From: an uncultured Chloroflexia bacterium
Lineage (GTDB): Bacteria; Chloroflexota; Limnocylindria; Limnocylindrales; CSP1-4
DNA: 64,000 nt
Reading direction: 5' to 3'
Assembly (NCBI GenBank): GCA_963748625.1
Contig: CAVVJT010000010.1
Span: forward strand, 416,001 to 480,000
Below, in pieces: positions 18,770 to 29,053 of this stretch. Every line of letters starts with the position of its first letter. Position 1 is the stretch's first letter. The notes below the pieces were generated by a model that did no database searches, was not told where the DNA came from, and saw only the letters and a list, made by a program, of their open reading frames with translations. The translations under genes were made by a program, and so were the position numbers.

Positions 18770-19681
18770 TCACGCACCCCTTTCGACGGGGCTCGCGAGC
18801 TGCTCCAGCGCCCGGCCCGTGATCACGCCGGTCATCCGCCGCCGGTACCACTCGCTTGCGACGGCATCGGTGACGGGCTCCGACTCGTTGGCGGCCGCCT
18901 CCGCGGCACCTGCGATGGCCTCGGCGTCCAGGCGTCGGCCCTCGAGCAGCTCCTCGGCTGCGTGGGCGCGCAGCGGGTGGGGGCCCGCGGCACCGAGCGC
19001 GAGGCGGACGTCACGTGCGATCCCGTCATGGTCCATGCGGGCACGCGCCGCCACCGTGACGACCGCGGGCGTGTTCGCGTGCCTGCGGCCGAACTTGACG
19101 AACGCCGTTCGCTCCCCGGTGGGTCGCGGCGGGACCAGGACGGCGACCACGAGCTCGTCGAGCCCGACCACCGTCGTCATGAAACCGGTGTGGAAGTCCT
19201 TGAGATCGACCGTGCGCTCCCCTGCCGGGCCCGCGATGACGATCCGGGCATCGAGGGCGAGCAGCGCGACCGCGATGTCGCCCCCGGGCGGCGGGGTGAA
19301 CAGGTTGCCCCCGATCGTGCCCATGTTGCGGACGGCCCACGCGGCGGTGCGGCGCGCGGCTTCCGCGAGCAGGGGGATGTCTGCCAGGGTGGTGAGCTGC
19401 GTCAGCGTCACCATCGCGCCGATGCGGGTGCCGGCGACGGGACCAGCGCCCGGGTCGGCGTCGAGGCCGGGGCCGTCGTCGGGGCCCGCATCCGTGCGCC
19501 CGATCGTGTCGAGGCCTGCTCGCCGGAGGCCCATGACCTTGCCCGGCAGGCTGATGCCCTCGTTGACCAGCGGCATGACAACGGTGCCGCCGGCCATGAC
19601 CAGCAGCTCGGGCCCGTGCTCGCCGAGCAGCGCCAGCGCCTCGGCGACCGAGGTCGGCTGGAAGTAGGTGGCGACCGTCAC
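18770..19681 (-). CDS. FAD-binding subunit (CoxM-like)
   Basis: YFQPTSVAEAL, MAGGT, RNMGTIGGN, SEWYRRRM. Confidence 0.92.
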   Translation of the reverse strand: MTVATYFQPTSVAEALALLGEHGPELLVMAGGTVVMPLVNEGISLPGKVMGLRRAGLDTIGRTDAGPDDGPGLDADPGAGPVAGTRIGAMVTLTQLTTLADIPLLAEAARRTAAWAVRNMGTIGGNLFTPPPGGDIAVALLALDARIVIAGPAGERTVDLKDFHTGFMTTVVGLDELVVAVLVPPRPTGERTAFVKFGRRHANTPAVVTVAARARMDHDGIARDVRLALGAAGPHPLRAHAAEELLEGRRLDAEAIAGAAEAAANESEPVTDAVASEWYRRRMTGVITGRALEQLASPVERGA

Positions 19682-20181
19682 TCGGGGACCTCCGTGGTTC
19701 GCGGTTCGTCGGGTGCGAGGCGTGCGTCCAGGGCGCGCAGGCCCTGGTCGACCAGGGATGTGGCGAGACGTTCTGCGATGCTGCCGTCGAGGCGGGCCAG
19801 GGGGCCGTCGATGCGGCCTGTGCCGGCGTAGTCCAGGCGGGTGCCGGCCGCGGGCAGGTCGGCGCCATCGGTCTCGGGCGGGTCGGCGAGGGTGAGGAGG
19901 GTGAATTCGGCGCGGCCCGTGATGGTGCCCATCGACCCTTCGACGCGGCCTTCGAGGGCGGCACGCTCGGGGTCCTCCACGTCGACCAGCCGGACGTGGG
20001 TGCGATAGACGCCGACCGCGCCCGGGAGGCGCAGCGCGATCCGCCCTTCGTAGGTGTCAGGTCCGGTCTGCCGCACGTCCTGCGCGCCCGGGATCACCGC
20101 GAGCAGCACGCGCGGATCGCGGATGGCGGCGAAGACGCGCTCGCGGGGGGCGGCGAAGGTGTGCGTCCCGTTGATCTTCAC
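19678..20181 (-). CDS. CoxG/SRPBCC family protein
   Basis: MKINGTHTFAAPRERVFAAIRDP...IPG; located in the molybdoenzyme operon. Confidence 0.85.
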   Translation of the reverse strand: MKINGTHTFAAPRERVFAAIRDPRVLLAVIPGAQDVRQTGPDTYEGRIALRLPGAVGVYRTHVRLVDVEDPERAALEGRVEGSMGTITGRAEFTLLTLADPPETDGADLPAAGTRLDYAGTGRIDGPLARLDGSIAERLATSLVDQGLRALDARLAPDEPRTTEVPE

Positions 20182-20956
20182 GGGTTCGCGGCCCGCGCCG
20201 GGTTCGCGGCCCGCGCCGGGTTCGCGGCGGCCACGAGGGCCGCTTCGACATGGTCGAGGTGGGCGGTCATCGCGACCTCGGCGGCGTCGGGATCGCCGGC
20301 CTTGAGGGCGGACAGGATCGCCTCGTGATCGGCCAGGGCCAGGGCGCGGGTGGCGCGGCCGGCGCCGGTGCGCTCGCGGCTGACCTTGGCGAGGGTGTTG
20401 ATGATCTGCATGAACTGGGCCAGCAGGAAGTTGCCCGCGGCCTCGCAGACGGCGTCGTGGAAGGCGATGTCGAGGGTGCTGAAGCGGTCGGGGTCACCCA
20501 CGGCGAACGGAGGTCGCGGACAAGACCGTCCATGCGCGCCAGCTGGTCGGCGGTTGCCCGCGTGGCCGCGAGGCGGACGTTGCCGGCCTCCACGACCCGC
20601 CGGGTCTCGATGACCTGTGCGAGCGCGACGGGATCCTTGCTGAACACGAAGTCCAGGTGGGAGACGAGCGCCTGCGGCTCGAGCGCGGTGATGTAGGTGC
20701 CGGCTCCCTGGCGGATCTCGACCACGTTCATGATCGCGAGCGCACGCAGGGCCTCGCGCAGAACGGGGCGGCTGACGTGCATGACGGCGGCGAGGTCTCG
20801 CTCCGCGGGGAGCTTGTCCCCGGGACGCAGCTGCTCCGCCTTGATGAGGTCCAGGAGGCGGGCCGCGATCTCCTCGGACAGGGTGCTGCGGTTGACGACG
20901 GCGAACTGCGGCCAGGCAGGCGTGGCCGCCGCCCCCGTCCCGTTCGTGATCGCCAT
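20178..20956 (-). CDS. FadR/GntR (FCD) regulator; one apparent frameshift ~20500
   Basis: PGDKLPAERDL...VSRPVLREAL...GAGTYI in 20267..21877; FCD half (DIAFH...AGN...DHEAI) in 20178..20501; 18-bp tandem repeat (ANPARA x3) at the 3' end. Confidence 0.85.
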
Positions 20957-21020
20957 GTCTGCTCCCGGTGCCCTGCTCGTCGACGTTGACGGGATGCTAT
21001 GGCCGTCTGATAAAGTCGTC

Positions 21021-21037
21021 AACTGGTAAGACCAATT
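21021..21037. promoter_or_regulatory. FadR-subfamily operator
   Basis: AACTGGTAAGACCAATT matches the PdhR/LldR-type AATTGGT-N3-ACCAATT palindrome; lies between divergent FadR and ABM genes. Confidence 0.75.
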
Positions 21038-21055
21038 ACGGACAGGAGCGGGTCG

Positions 21056-21343
21056 ATGATCGAGCGGCACATCTCCTTCGACGTCAAGGCGGGCCAGGGC
21101 GAGGCCTTCGTGCGGTTCTTCACGGAGCAGTACCGGCCGCCGGTGCTCTCGTTCGAGGGCCTGATCGAGTGTTCCATGCTCCTCGAGGCGGACAGCGCCA
21201 CCCGCTACCAGATGGTCTTCCGCTGGGAGCACGCCGAGAACGCGGTCGCCTGGCGCGTGAGCGAGGTCCACCAGGGCCTGCAGCCCGCCCTCCAGGCGCT
21301 GATCGACGGCATGGCGATCACGGCGTACACCAAGGTCGCCTAG
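21056..21343 (+). CDS. Antibiotic biosynthesis monooxygenase (ABM)-like small protein
   Basis: 95 aa, VKAGQGEAF...W..AENAVAW..SEVHQ; GGAG RBS. Confidence 0.7.
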   Translation: MIERHISFDVKAGQGEAFVRFFTEQYRPPVLSFEGLIECSMLLEADSATRYQMVFRWEHAENAVAWRVSEVHQGLQPALQALIDGMAITAYTKVA

Positions 21344-21346
21344 GCC

Positions 21347-22339
21347 ATGGCCGCCGATCGGTTCCTCGTCACCGGTGGCACCGGCTGCATCGGCTCGTGG
21401 GTGGTCCGTGGCCTGGTCCGCGCCGGCATCCCGGTCACGGTGCTCGCGTCGAGCGGCCGGATGGACCGGCTCGAGCTGGTCCTGTCCCCCGACGAGCTGG
21501 CCTCGGTCGAGATCGTCCGTGGCGACATCACGGACGTCCCGGCGCTCGAGGCGGCCACCCGGGCCTCCGGGGCTGCGGGGATCATCCACCTGGCCGCGCT
21601 GCAGATGCCGTTCTGCGCCGCCGACCCGATCCGCGGGGCTCGCGTCAACGTCGAGGGGACGGCCGCCGTCTTCGAGCTTGCGCGCAGGCTCGAGATCGGC
21701 CACATCGTCTATGCGTCCTCGGCGGCGGCCTACGGTCCGGCCGCCTTCTATGCCGACGAGGTCGTCGGCGCCGACGCCCCGCTCCATCCGACTTCGTTCT
21801 ACGGCGTCGTACAAGATGGCCAACGAGCAGGCGGCGGGCGTGTACCACACAGCGTGGGGCATCTCGTCCACCGGCATCCGCCCCCACTCCGCCTACGGTC
21901 CGGGCCGCGACCAGGGCGTCACGTCCAAGCCAACGGTGGCGATGATCGCGGCGGCGGGCGGGCGCCCATTCCACATCGACTTCGGTGGCGCCTACCAGTT
22001 CCAGTTCGTGGAGGATGTCGCGGCGGCGTTCATCTCGGCGGCCGTGCGCCGGCTCGATGGCGCGCAGGTGTTCAGCTGCCCGGGCCCCGGATCGCGGTCG
22101 CATCCATCGTGGAGCTGCTCGGCGACCTCGTGCCGTCCTCGCGCGGCCGGATCACCCACGGTGACCGGGTCCTCCCCTTCCCCGCCGCCTTCGACGGCGC
22201 CCCGATCGAGGACGCGCTCGGCCCGCTGCCGCTCACCCCCGTCGAGGAGGGTGTGCAGCGGACGCTCGACACCTACCGCGCCGCGTTCTCACGCGGACTG
22301 CTCGACGATGCGTGGCTCGATCGCGTCACGGGAGCCTGA
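21347..22339 (+). CDS. NAD-dependent epimerase/dehydratase; two compensating frameshifts (~21830, ~22080)
   Basis: VTGGTGCIG, HLAA, YASSAAAYG; YxxxK and RPHSAYGPGRDQG lie in the alternate frame 21375..22400. Confidence 0.85.
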   Translation: MAADRFLVTGGTGCIGSWVVRGLVRAGIPVTVLASSGRMDRLELVLSPDELASVEIVRGDITDVPALEAATRASGAAGIIHLAALQMPFCAADPIRGARVNVEGTAAVFELARRLEIGHIVYASSAAAYGPAAFYADEVVGADAPLHPTSFYGVVQDGQRAGGGRVPHSVGHLVHRHPPPLRLRSGPRPGRHVQANGGDDRGGGRAPIPHRLRWRLPVPVRGGCRGGVHLGGRAPARWRAGVQLPGPRIAVASIVELLGDLVPSSRGRITHGDRVLPFPAAFDGAPIEDALGPLPLTPVEEGVQRTLDTYRAAFSRGLLDDAWLDRVTGA

Positions 22340-22506
22340 CCGTGGACGTCGCCAGCCTCACCGCCTGACTGCCGCCGGCACGGCGGCGCCGCGGGGCTGA
22401 CCACCTCGTCTGCGACCATACGCAGCTGACGTCCGGGGGCGGGCCCGCTCACGACCTCGCCTCCGCCCGCACGGGCAGGTGGAAGCACCGCAACCGGGTC
22501 GAGCCG

Positions 22507-23551
22507 TCAGTCCGCCGGGATTTCCACGACCCGACCCTGGAGAGCCGACGCGCGAGCCGCGTCGAGCACGGAGATGGTGCGGATCCCCTCCTCCACCGGA
22601 ACGGGGAAGGGGGCCTCGCCGCGCACCGCCGCGGCGAACTGGGCGTAGTAGTCCTGGTAGGCGCCGCGTTCGGACGGGACGCGGACGGCACCGGCATCGG
22701 TCCGGAGCGTGCCCCAGGCGGACTCGGGCTCGTAGCCCCATGCGGCACCCTCCGCGAGCGGCCGGCGCCCGGCGAAGATGGCCTGGGTCTGCGCATCGGT
22801 CGAGTGGGCCACGTAGGAGCCGAGGGACCCGTACGCCCGCAGCTCGCGCTCGACATTGCGATTGAGCTTGCTCGCGCTGGCCCGGGAGCGCACGCCCGAG
22901 GTGTGCGTGAGGGTCACCGCGAACCCGACGTCGGTCCGGCCCGCCGGCAGCGTCGACCCAGTCGACCTGCGCGAATACCGAGACCGCGGGTCCAAGGAGC
23001 CAGAGCAGCTGGTCAACCAGGTGCGCGCCGAGGTCCCGGAGCAGACCGCCGTGCGGCCCCGGTTCGAGACCGCCGGGCTCGTCGAGATCGAAGCGGCTCT
23101 CGACGCTCCAGAGCTCGCCCAGGTCGCCTCGCGAGATCACGGCCGCGAGAGTCCGGATGTCGGCATCCCAGCGGCGGTTGTGGAACACGTTGACCGCGAC
23201 CCCGGCCGATGCGGCGGCGGCCGCCAGCTCCCGAGCACCCGCCGCATCGGGAGCGAAGGGCTTGTCGCCGATCGCGTGGACGCCACGGCCGACGGCCTCG
23301 AGTACAAGGTCGCGCCGGGTCTCGGGTGGTGTGGTGATGACGACCGCCTCGACGCCGGAATCGAGCATGGCGCCGAGCGAGCCGAACACTGGAACCCCGG
23401 GATAGTCGGCCTCCGCCTCGGCGCGGCGCTCCGATGAGCGCGCGACGAAGCCGGCCAGCTCGACTCCCTCGGCCGCCACGATGTACGGCGCGTGGAAGTA
23501 CCGCCCGCCCTTCCCGTAGCCGACGAGCCCCATCCGCAGCGGTGCGTCCAT
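22507..23551 (-). CDS. Gfo/Idh/MocA oxidoreductase; frameshift ~22945
   Basis: GLVGYGKGG, DKPF, FHNRRWD, DLGAHLVDQ; C-terminus in 22507..23016. Confidence 0.85.
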
Positions 23552-23815
23552 GCCTGCCTCCCGATCCACAACGAGCTGATCCTGTGCCTGCCCCATCACC
23601 GCGCCCTCGCGCCGTGGGACTACGGTTCCGTCGTGCGCTGAATCTCCCGGGGAACGGGAGATCGAGCGCATCAGGAGCCATGGAGCCACGCTCGTGCGCC
23701 AGCCGTCCCGCGCAACGGGAGGTCTGGCGCGCCGTGGGACCGTACTCCCGCGTGCCGGGAAGTGCCAGCCGTGCGGCCCGGGCCTGGCGCCGCGCCGCGA
23801 CGGGACTGGCTCAGG

Positions 23816-25102
23816 TCAGGCCCGCGTCATGCGCTCCGCGATCGAGCACCAGTCCCAGAGCCGCACCGGGTCCGTGCGGCAGGTGCTGATGTCCTTGAGG
23901 GTGAACTCGACCGGGCAGCCGTTGGCGCGGGTGGCCGCGAGGACGTCGGTGAAGTCCTTCTCGGCGATCGCCGGGACCCACTCGTCCATGGCCACCATCG
24001 CCGGGTTGGGCTTGCGGCTGTAGACGAAGTCCGGGCCGATGGACTCGGCGGCCTTCTGGATCTTCGCCCAGGCGCTCACCGAGATCTTGCGGACGTTGGG
24101 GATCCTGCGCACCGAGTCGATGCGGTTGTGGAGCGGGTCGCAGCAGCCGAAGTAGCCCAGGCCGAAGCGCTCGTACCAGCGCGCGTAGTAGCCGGGCACG
24201 AACTCGTCGAACATGGCGTCGCTGACCGAGACGAACAGCTGGCTGCGCCCGACGGTCCAGGTATCCACCGGCCGCACGTGCGCCGGATCGAAGCCGGGCT
24301 TCGGCAACTCGATCGTGTGGGCCCCCGTGCAATGGATCCGGTCGTTGCCGTAGCCGATCAGCCCTTTCGCCTCGAGCATGTCCAGCTCCTCGAGGCGCAC
24401 GGTGGTGAACCGCTCGGCGATCGCGTGGAGGTGCTCGGGCCGGTCCATGAAGTCCACCAGGATCGGCTCGGTGCCGCGGAACTGCTCGATGTCGTCCCAG
24501 AGCGGGAATGCCAGCTCGTCGCCGTTGTAGCCGGTGAGGCCCTGCATGCGGACCTCGAGGAGCCCGTCGAGCAGCTCGTGCGCCCAGGCCTCGCGCTCCG
24601 CCGTGGCCGCCACGTTGAGCGACGGCTCAAGGGCCCGGAACTTCGCGATGTCCTCGGGTTCGGCCAGCTGGTCGACGTAGGCGTGGCTCTGGACGGCATT
24701 GCCCTCGCCCTGGTCGATGGTGTCCTCGGCGATGCGGATGCCCCAGCCGGGCCGGTCGATGACCTTCTTGATGTCAACGTAGGGCTCGACGACCATGTCG
24801 ACCCGCGCGTGGTTCCAGCGGTAGAGCTCGCGGCGGAACGTCGCCTCGAGCTGGCGGGCGAACGGGTGGGTCGTGCGCATGACGAGCTCGTCGGCGCCCG
24901 GGACGCCGGGCGTGGCGAGCTCGTGCCACGGGATCTCGTCGATCATGACCAAGGGGCGCTCGGGGCGGAGGGCGTTCAGGGCCTGCCACTCGCGGATGCG
25001 CTCCGCCTGGACAGGGAGTGCGGCAATCTCCGCGAGCTTCGACGCAAGCTCGCGGACGATGGCGACGTCGGCCTGCGGCAGGCCGGTGCTGGTCTCGGTC
25101 AT
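23816..25102 (-). CDS. Uncharacterised URO-D-like TIM-barrel protein
   Basis: RG.EPILVDFMDRPE, SQLFVSVSDAMFDEF..Y, GCCDPLH, RKISVSAW, YSRKPNP; GAGG RBS. Confidence 0.6.
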   Translation of the reverse strand: MTETSTGLPQADVAIVRELASKLAEIAALPVQAERIREWQALNALRPERPLVMIDEIPWHELATPGVPGADELVMRTTHPFARQLEATFRRELYRWNHARVDMVVEPYVDIKKVIDRPGWGIRIAEDTIDQGEGNAVQSHAYVDQLAEPEDIAKFRALEPSLNVAATAEREAWAHELLDGLLEVRMQGLTGYNGDELAFPLWDDIEQFRGTEPILVDFMDRPEHLHAIAERFTTVRLEELDMLEAKGLIGYGNDRIHCTGAHTIELPKPGFDPAHVRPVDTWTVGRSQLFVSVSDAMFDEFVPGYYARWYERFGLGYFGCCDPLHNRIDSVRRIPNVRKISVSAWAKIQKAAESIGPDFVYSRKPNPAMVAMDEWVPAIAEKDFTDVLAATRANGCPVEFTLKDISTCRTDPVRLWDWCSIAERMTRA

Positions 25103-25225
25103 CGTGATGTCCTCGTCGGGTGGTGCGCGCTCAGCGCTCAGCGGGCCAGCAGGCCGCGGGCCAGGTCGACCGCGGCACCGGCATCGGGGGCGTAGCCGTC
25201 GGCGCCGATCTGGGCAGTATGCTGA

Positions 25226-25295
25226 CTGGAACGATTTAGTCTGCACAGTAGGACTGGCCACGACGGGTGTCAAGCCCCCTTCTCAAACGATTTGG
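25226..25295. promoter_or_regulatory. LacI-type operator-like sites in the divergent promoter
   Basis: CTGGAACGATTTAG (~25226) and TCAAACGATTTGG (~25283); similar to 27674-27687. Confidence 0.45.
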
Positions 25296-25357
25296 TCCCT
25301 GCGTCCTCCGATGGTCGATCGCGCGGGCTAGACTCCGGGAAACGAAGCGAGGGACCG

Positions 25358-26377
25358 ATGGCGGACGAGTCGGCGAACGCGCCGAAACGGGCGACGATCA
25401 AGGACGTGGCGCGCGCCGCAGGCGTGTCGACCGCCCTGGTGTCGATCGTGCTCAACGGTGCTCCCGGCGCAAGCGACGCGACCCGGGCACGCGTGAAGGG
25501 CATCGCCGAGGAGATCGGCTATCGGCCTGACGCCCATGCCGCCCTGCTCCGGCGCCGGCGCGCGCGCCTGCTCGGCGTGAGCTTCTCGGTGCAGTCGGCG
25601 TTCCACGGGGACCTGCTGCCAGGGATCTACACCGCCGCCGAGGCCGCGGGCTACGAGGTCACGCTCAGCGGCTGGACCGAGGCCCGCAGCGAGGAGCGCG
25701 CCATCCAGGCCCTGCTCACGTTCCGCTGCGATGCGCTGCTCCTGCTGGGCACCGAGGTGGACGAGGCGCGGATCGCAGTACTCGCGCGCTCGCTGCCGGT
25801 GGTGGTCATCGGGCGACGCCTGGCGGAGCCGGTCGCTGACACGGTCCGCACCGATGACATGTCGGGCCTGCGGCTCGCGGTCGAGCATCTCGCCGCGCTG
25901 GGCCACCGGCGCATCGCGCACGTGGACGGCGGGGCGACCGTGAAGTCAGAGGACCGCATCGCGGGCTACCGGGCCGCCATGGAGGCGCTGCGCCTGGGCG
26001 GGTACATCGAGATCATCCCGGGCGGCGAGACGGTCGAGGCGGGCATCGAGGCGGGCCGCCGGCTGCTGGCCGACCCAGGTGAGCGGACGGCCGTCGTCGC
26101 CTTCGACGATGACTGTGCATGGGGCGTCATGAGCCTGCTGCAGGCCCAGGGCGTCGGGCTCCCGGGCGCCCTGTCGATCGTCGGCTTCGATGGCAGCCGC
26201 CTCTCACGCCTCACCCCGCTGTCGGGCATGACCACGGTCCGCCAGGACGCAGAGATGCTGGCGTCGCTCGCGGTACAGCGCGCGGTCGCATGGATCGAGC
26301 ACGGGCGTCTGCCTGACCCGGACGTGGTCCTCGCGCCCAGCCTGATCGAGGGCCGCAGCACGGCTCCGCTGCCATGA
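25358..26377 (+). CDS. LacI family transcriptional regulator
   Basis: TIKDVARAAGVSTALVS HTH, GHRRIA, SIVGFD, TTVRQD. Confidence 0.95.
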   Translation: MADESANAPKRATIKDVARAAGVSTALVSIVLNGAPGASDATRARVKGIAEEIGYRPDAHAALLRRRRARLLGVSFSVQSAFHGDLLPGIYTAAEAAGYEVTLSGWTEARSEERAIQALLTFRCDALLLLGTEVDEARIAVLARSLPVVVIGRRLAEPVADTVRTDDMSGLRLAVEHLAALGHRRIAHVDGGATVKSEDRIAGYRAAMEALRLGGYIEIIPGGETVEAGIEAGRRLLADPGERTAVVAFDDDCAWGVMSLLQAQGVGLPGALSIVGFDGSRLSRLTPLSGMTTVRQDAEMLASLAVQRAVAWIEHGRLPDPDVVLAPSLIEGRSTAPLP

Positions 26378-26625
26378 CCCCGACCACCGACACGGGGTTC
26401 GCCGGCCTCACCACCTGAAGCCTGCGCATCGAGCGGATCAAGACCATCGCCCTTCGCGCGGCGTTGGTCGCGTGTTGAACCCGCTGGGAGTCATGAGCGG
26501 GCTGTCCGCGCACGGGACGTGCAGCAAACTCGACCTGGCTGCACGCCCGCCGCACGGAGCGGGCCCGGGCGACTCCCCCTTGAGTCACGAGGACTCACGA
26601 GCGCTGACGCGCCGCCCGGGCACAA

Positions 26626-26659
26626 CAACGCCCCCGGTCCGCGGAGACCAGAGGCGTTG
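26626..26659 (-). terminator. Hairpin downstream of the IolE-like gene
   Basis: CAACGCC-CCCGGTC...GACCAGA-GGCGTTG. Confidence 0.45.
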
Positions 26660-26704
26660 CCGGCGCAAGCGCCGGAGGAGGATCCGGCAGGTGATCGCGG
26701 GGAG

Positions 26705-27627
26705 CTACCGGGTGACCTTCATGCCACAGGTCTTGAAGTAGTCGTAGGTGCGCTTCGCGATCGGGAAGGGCTTGTCCCAGTCACACGGGTACAGGTCCTG
26801 CTCAACGATGCAGTAGAGGTCGCGGTCGAGGCCGGCGAGAGCCGCGAGAAGCGAGGGCATGTCCGGGTCGCCCAGGGGCGGCTCGACCATGACGCCAAGG
26901 CGGACGGCCGGCGGGAAGCCCAGCTTCTCCTCGGCCACGCGGGCGCTGATCGCGCGGTCCACCTGCTTGAGGTGGACGTACTGCACGCGGTCGGGGTAGT
27001 CCGCGATGAGCTTGAGGTTGTCGGCGCCGCAGTACGCGACGTGGCCCGTGTCGAGGCAGAGCTGGACGGTCTCGGGATCGGTCCCGTCGAGGAAGCGCTC
27101 GATCTCCTCCTGGGTGCCCACGTGGCTGTCGGCGTGGGTGTGGAAGACGAGCACCGCACCGTGCTTGTCGGCGACGTACTTGCCGAGCTCGCTCATGCCG
27201 GTGTTGAGGTTGGTCCACTCGCTCGTCCGTCAGGGTGAGGCTCATCGGTGAGGTTGCCGTCGTTGTCCGTGTAGCCCTCGGGCAGGATCACGAGGTGCTT
27301 CGCGCCGTTGGGGCCCAGGATCGCCATCTCGGCGTCGCAGTCGGTCTTGGCCTTCTCGAGCGCCTCCCTGCCGTGCTGGAGGCCCATCGCAACCGTGCCG
27401 CCCGTGAGGGTCAGGCCGCGCTTGGCGTATGCCTCGCGGATGATGCCCGGGTCAGCCGGGAGGTAGCCGAAGGGGCCGAGCTCGCTGTACTGGTAGCCGG
27501 CTGCCTGGACCTCGTCGAGGTAGCGCTCCCACGGCGTCTGGAGCGGGTCGCCACTGGGGTTCCACACACCCCAGGAGTCAGGGGCGGTCCCCAGCTTGAG
27601 CTTGGGATAGGTCGGCAGTTCGGTCAC
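26705..27627 (-). CDS. IolE-like (myo-inosose-2 dehydratase / AP-endonuclease-2 barrel) protein; frameshift(s) ~27230
   Basis: APDSWGVW, ELGPFGYLP (27193..27939), then FHTHADS, LDTGH, HLKQ, VEQD (26705..27196); AAGGAG RBS before GTG. Confidence 0.8.
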
Positions 27628-27672
27628 CGTGGAGCTCCTTGCACCGTGCTCGCGGACGCTTGTGGCGCCCAT

Positions 27673-27687
27673 ACTAATACGTTCTAG
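27673..27687. promoter_or_regulatory. LacI-type operator upstream of the IolE-like gene
   Basis: ACTAATACGTTCTAG, a palindrome around the central CG. Confidence 0.55.
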
Positions 27688-27717
27688 TTGGAACGCAAGG
27701 GCGTCTGCCCGGGGTCC

Positions 27718-27826
27718 CCCCAAACATGTGGTGTCCAGAGGTTGTCCGTGCAGGCCTCGACCGACGGAATGACGATCCGGGGGTTGAGCCACGAGGGCAG
27801 CGGGCTGATTCGCCCCATGCTTGGGG
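27718..27826 (+). repeat. Family A 109-bp element, copy 1 (solo)
   Basis: CCCCAAACATGTGG...TGAGCCACGAGGGC (offset 67)...CCCCATGCTTGGGG. Confidence 0.8.
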
Positions 27827-27955
27827 CGCCGCCGGGTGGGCACGGCCGGGCGGGCGGGACCAGGCGAGTGGGCGGCGGCTCGGGCGGGCGCACCGCATGG
27901 GGCAGGCGCACCGCATGAGGCGGGCGGCCCTGGTGGCACCCCCGACGGGAATGAG

Positions 27956-27989
27956 GAACCGGGGTCCCAGCAGCTTGGAACCCCGGTTC
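27956..27989 (-). terminator. Hairpin downstream of the ABC permease
   Basis: GAACCGGGGTCCCA-gcagct-TGGAACCCCGGTTC. Confidence 0.45.
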
Positions 27990-28030
27990 GAGCAGGTCAG
28001 CGATAGGAGCCGGGAGCCGCCTCCTGACGG

Positions 28031-29038
28031 CTACCGGTTCTTCCGCTCGTCAATGATGATCGCGACGATGATGATCGAGCCCTTGACGATGAGCTGGTAG
28101 AACGGCGACACGTTCAGCAGGTCGAGGCCGTTGTTCATCACGCCGATGATCAATGCGCCGATCACCGTCCCCCACACGGTGCCGATGCCGCCCGCGAACG
28201 ACGTGCCACCGATGACGGCCGCGGCGATCGCGTCGAGCTCGAACCCGATGCCCAGGGCCGGGGTAGCCGAGCCCACGCGCGAGGTGAGGACGATGCCACC
28301 CAAGCCTGCCATCAGGCCCGAGAACATGTAGATCAGCACCTTGGTCCGGTTGATGTTGACGCCCGAGACGCGGGCCGCCGTCTCGTTGCCGCCGATCGCG
28401 TACACGTGGCGGCCGAAGCGCGTGTAGCCCAGCATGATGTGGGCGAGGACCACGACGGTTCCGAACACCAGGATCGGCACCGGCACGCCGAGCAGGCTCC
28501 CCTGGCCGATGAACAGGAAGTCGTCGTTGAGGGTCGAAACCGGGCGGCCGTCCGAGTAGATGTAGGCCAGGCCTCGCGCGATCTGCATCATGCCCAGCGT
28601 GGCGATGAAGGGCGGGATGCGGGTGAACGCGATCAGCGCCCCGTTCACGAAGCCCAGGCTGAGCCCGACGGTGAGGCCGGCCAGGACGCCCACGATCGCC
28701 GGCAGCTGGACGCCGGGGTAGATCGCCTCTTTCCAGTCGGGCTGCTGCACGAAGCTCGCGGTGACAACGGCCGCGAACCCCAGCACCGAGCCCAGCGACA
28801 GATCGATGCCGGTGGAGATGATCGCGACGGTCACGCCCAGGGCCAGCAGGCCGATGACCGAGATCTGGCGGACGACGTTGATCAGGTTCTGGGGCTTGAG
28901 GAACGAGTTGTCCGGCGAGAAGATCGCCAGGAGGGTGCACATCCCCAGGAAGATGAAGATGATCATGTACTTCCGGAGGAACTGCCCTACGCGGCTCCCC
29001 GTGGTGGGCCCGCCGGAGGTCGAGGCGGCTGCAGTCAT
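28031..29038 (-). CDS. Sugar ABC transporter permease (RbsC/IatP-like)
   Basis: [40 protein letters not shown]. Confidence 0.95.
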   Translation of the reverse strand: MTAAASTSGGPTTGSRVGQFLRKYMIIFIFLGMCTLLAIFSPDNSFLKPQNLINVVRQISVIGLLALGVTVAIISTGIDLSLGSVLGFAAVVTASFVQQPDWKEAIYPGVQLPAIVGVLAGLTVGLSLGFVNGALIAFTRIPPFIATLGMMQIARGLAYIYSDGRPVSTLNDDFLFIGQGSLLGVPVPILVFGTVVVLAHIMLGYTRFGRHVYAIGGNETAARVSGVNINRTKVLIYMFSGLMAGLGGIVLTSRVGSATPALGIGFELDAIAAAVIGGTSFAGGIGTVWGTVIGALIIGVMNNGLDLLNVSPFYQLIVKGSIIIVAIIIDERKNR

Positions 29039-29053
29039 CGCGTGATCTCCTGG

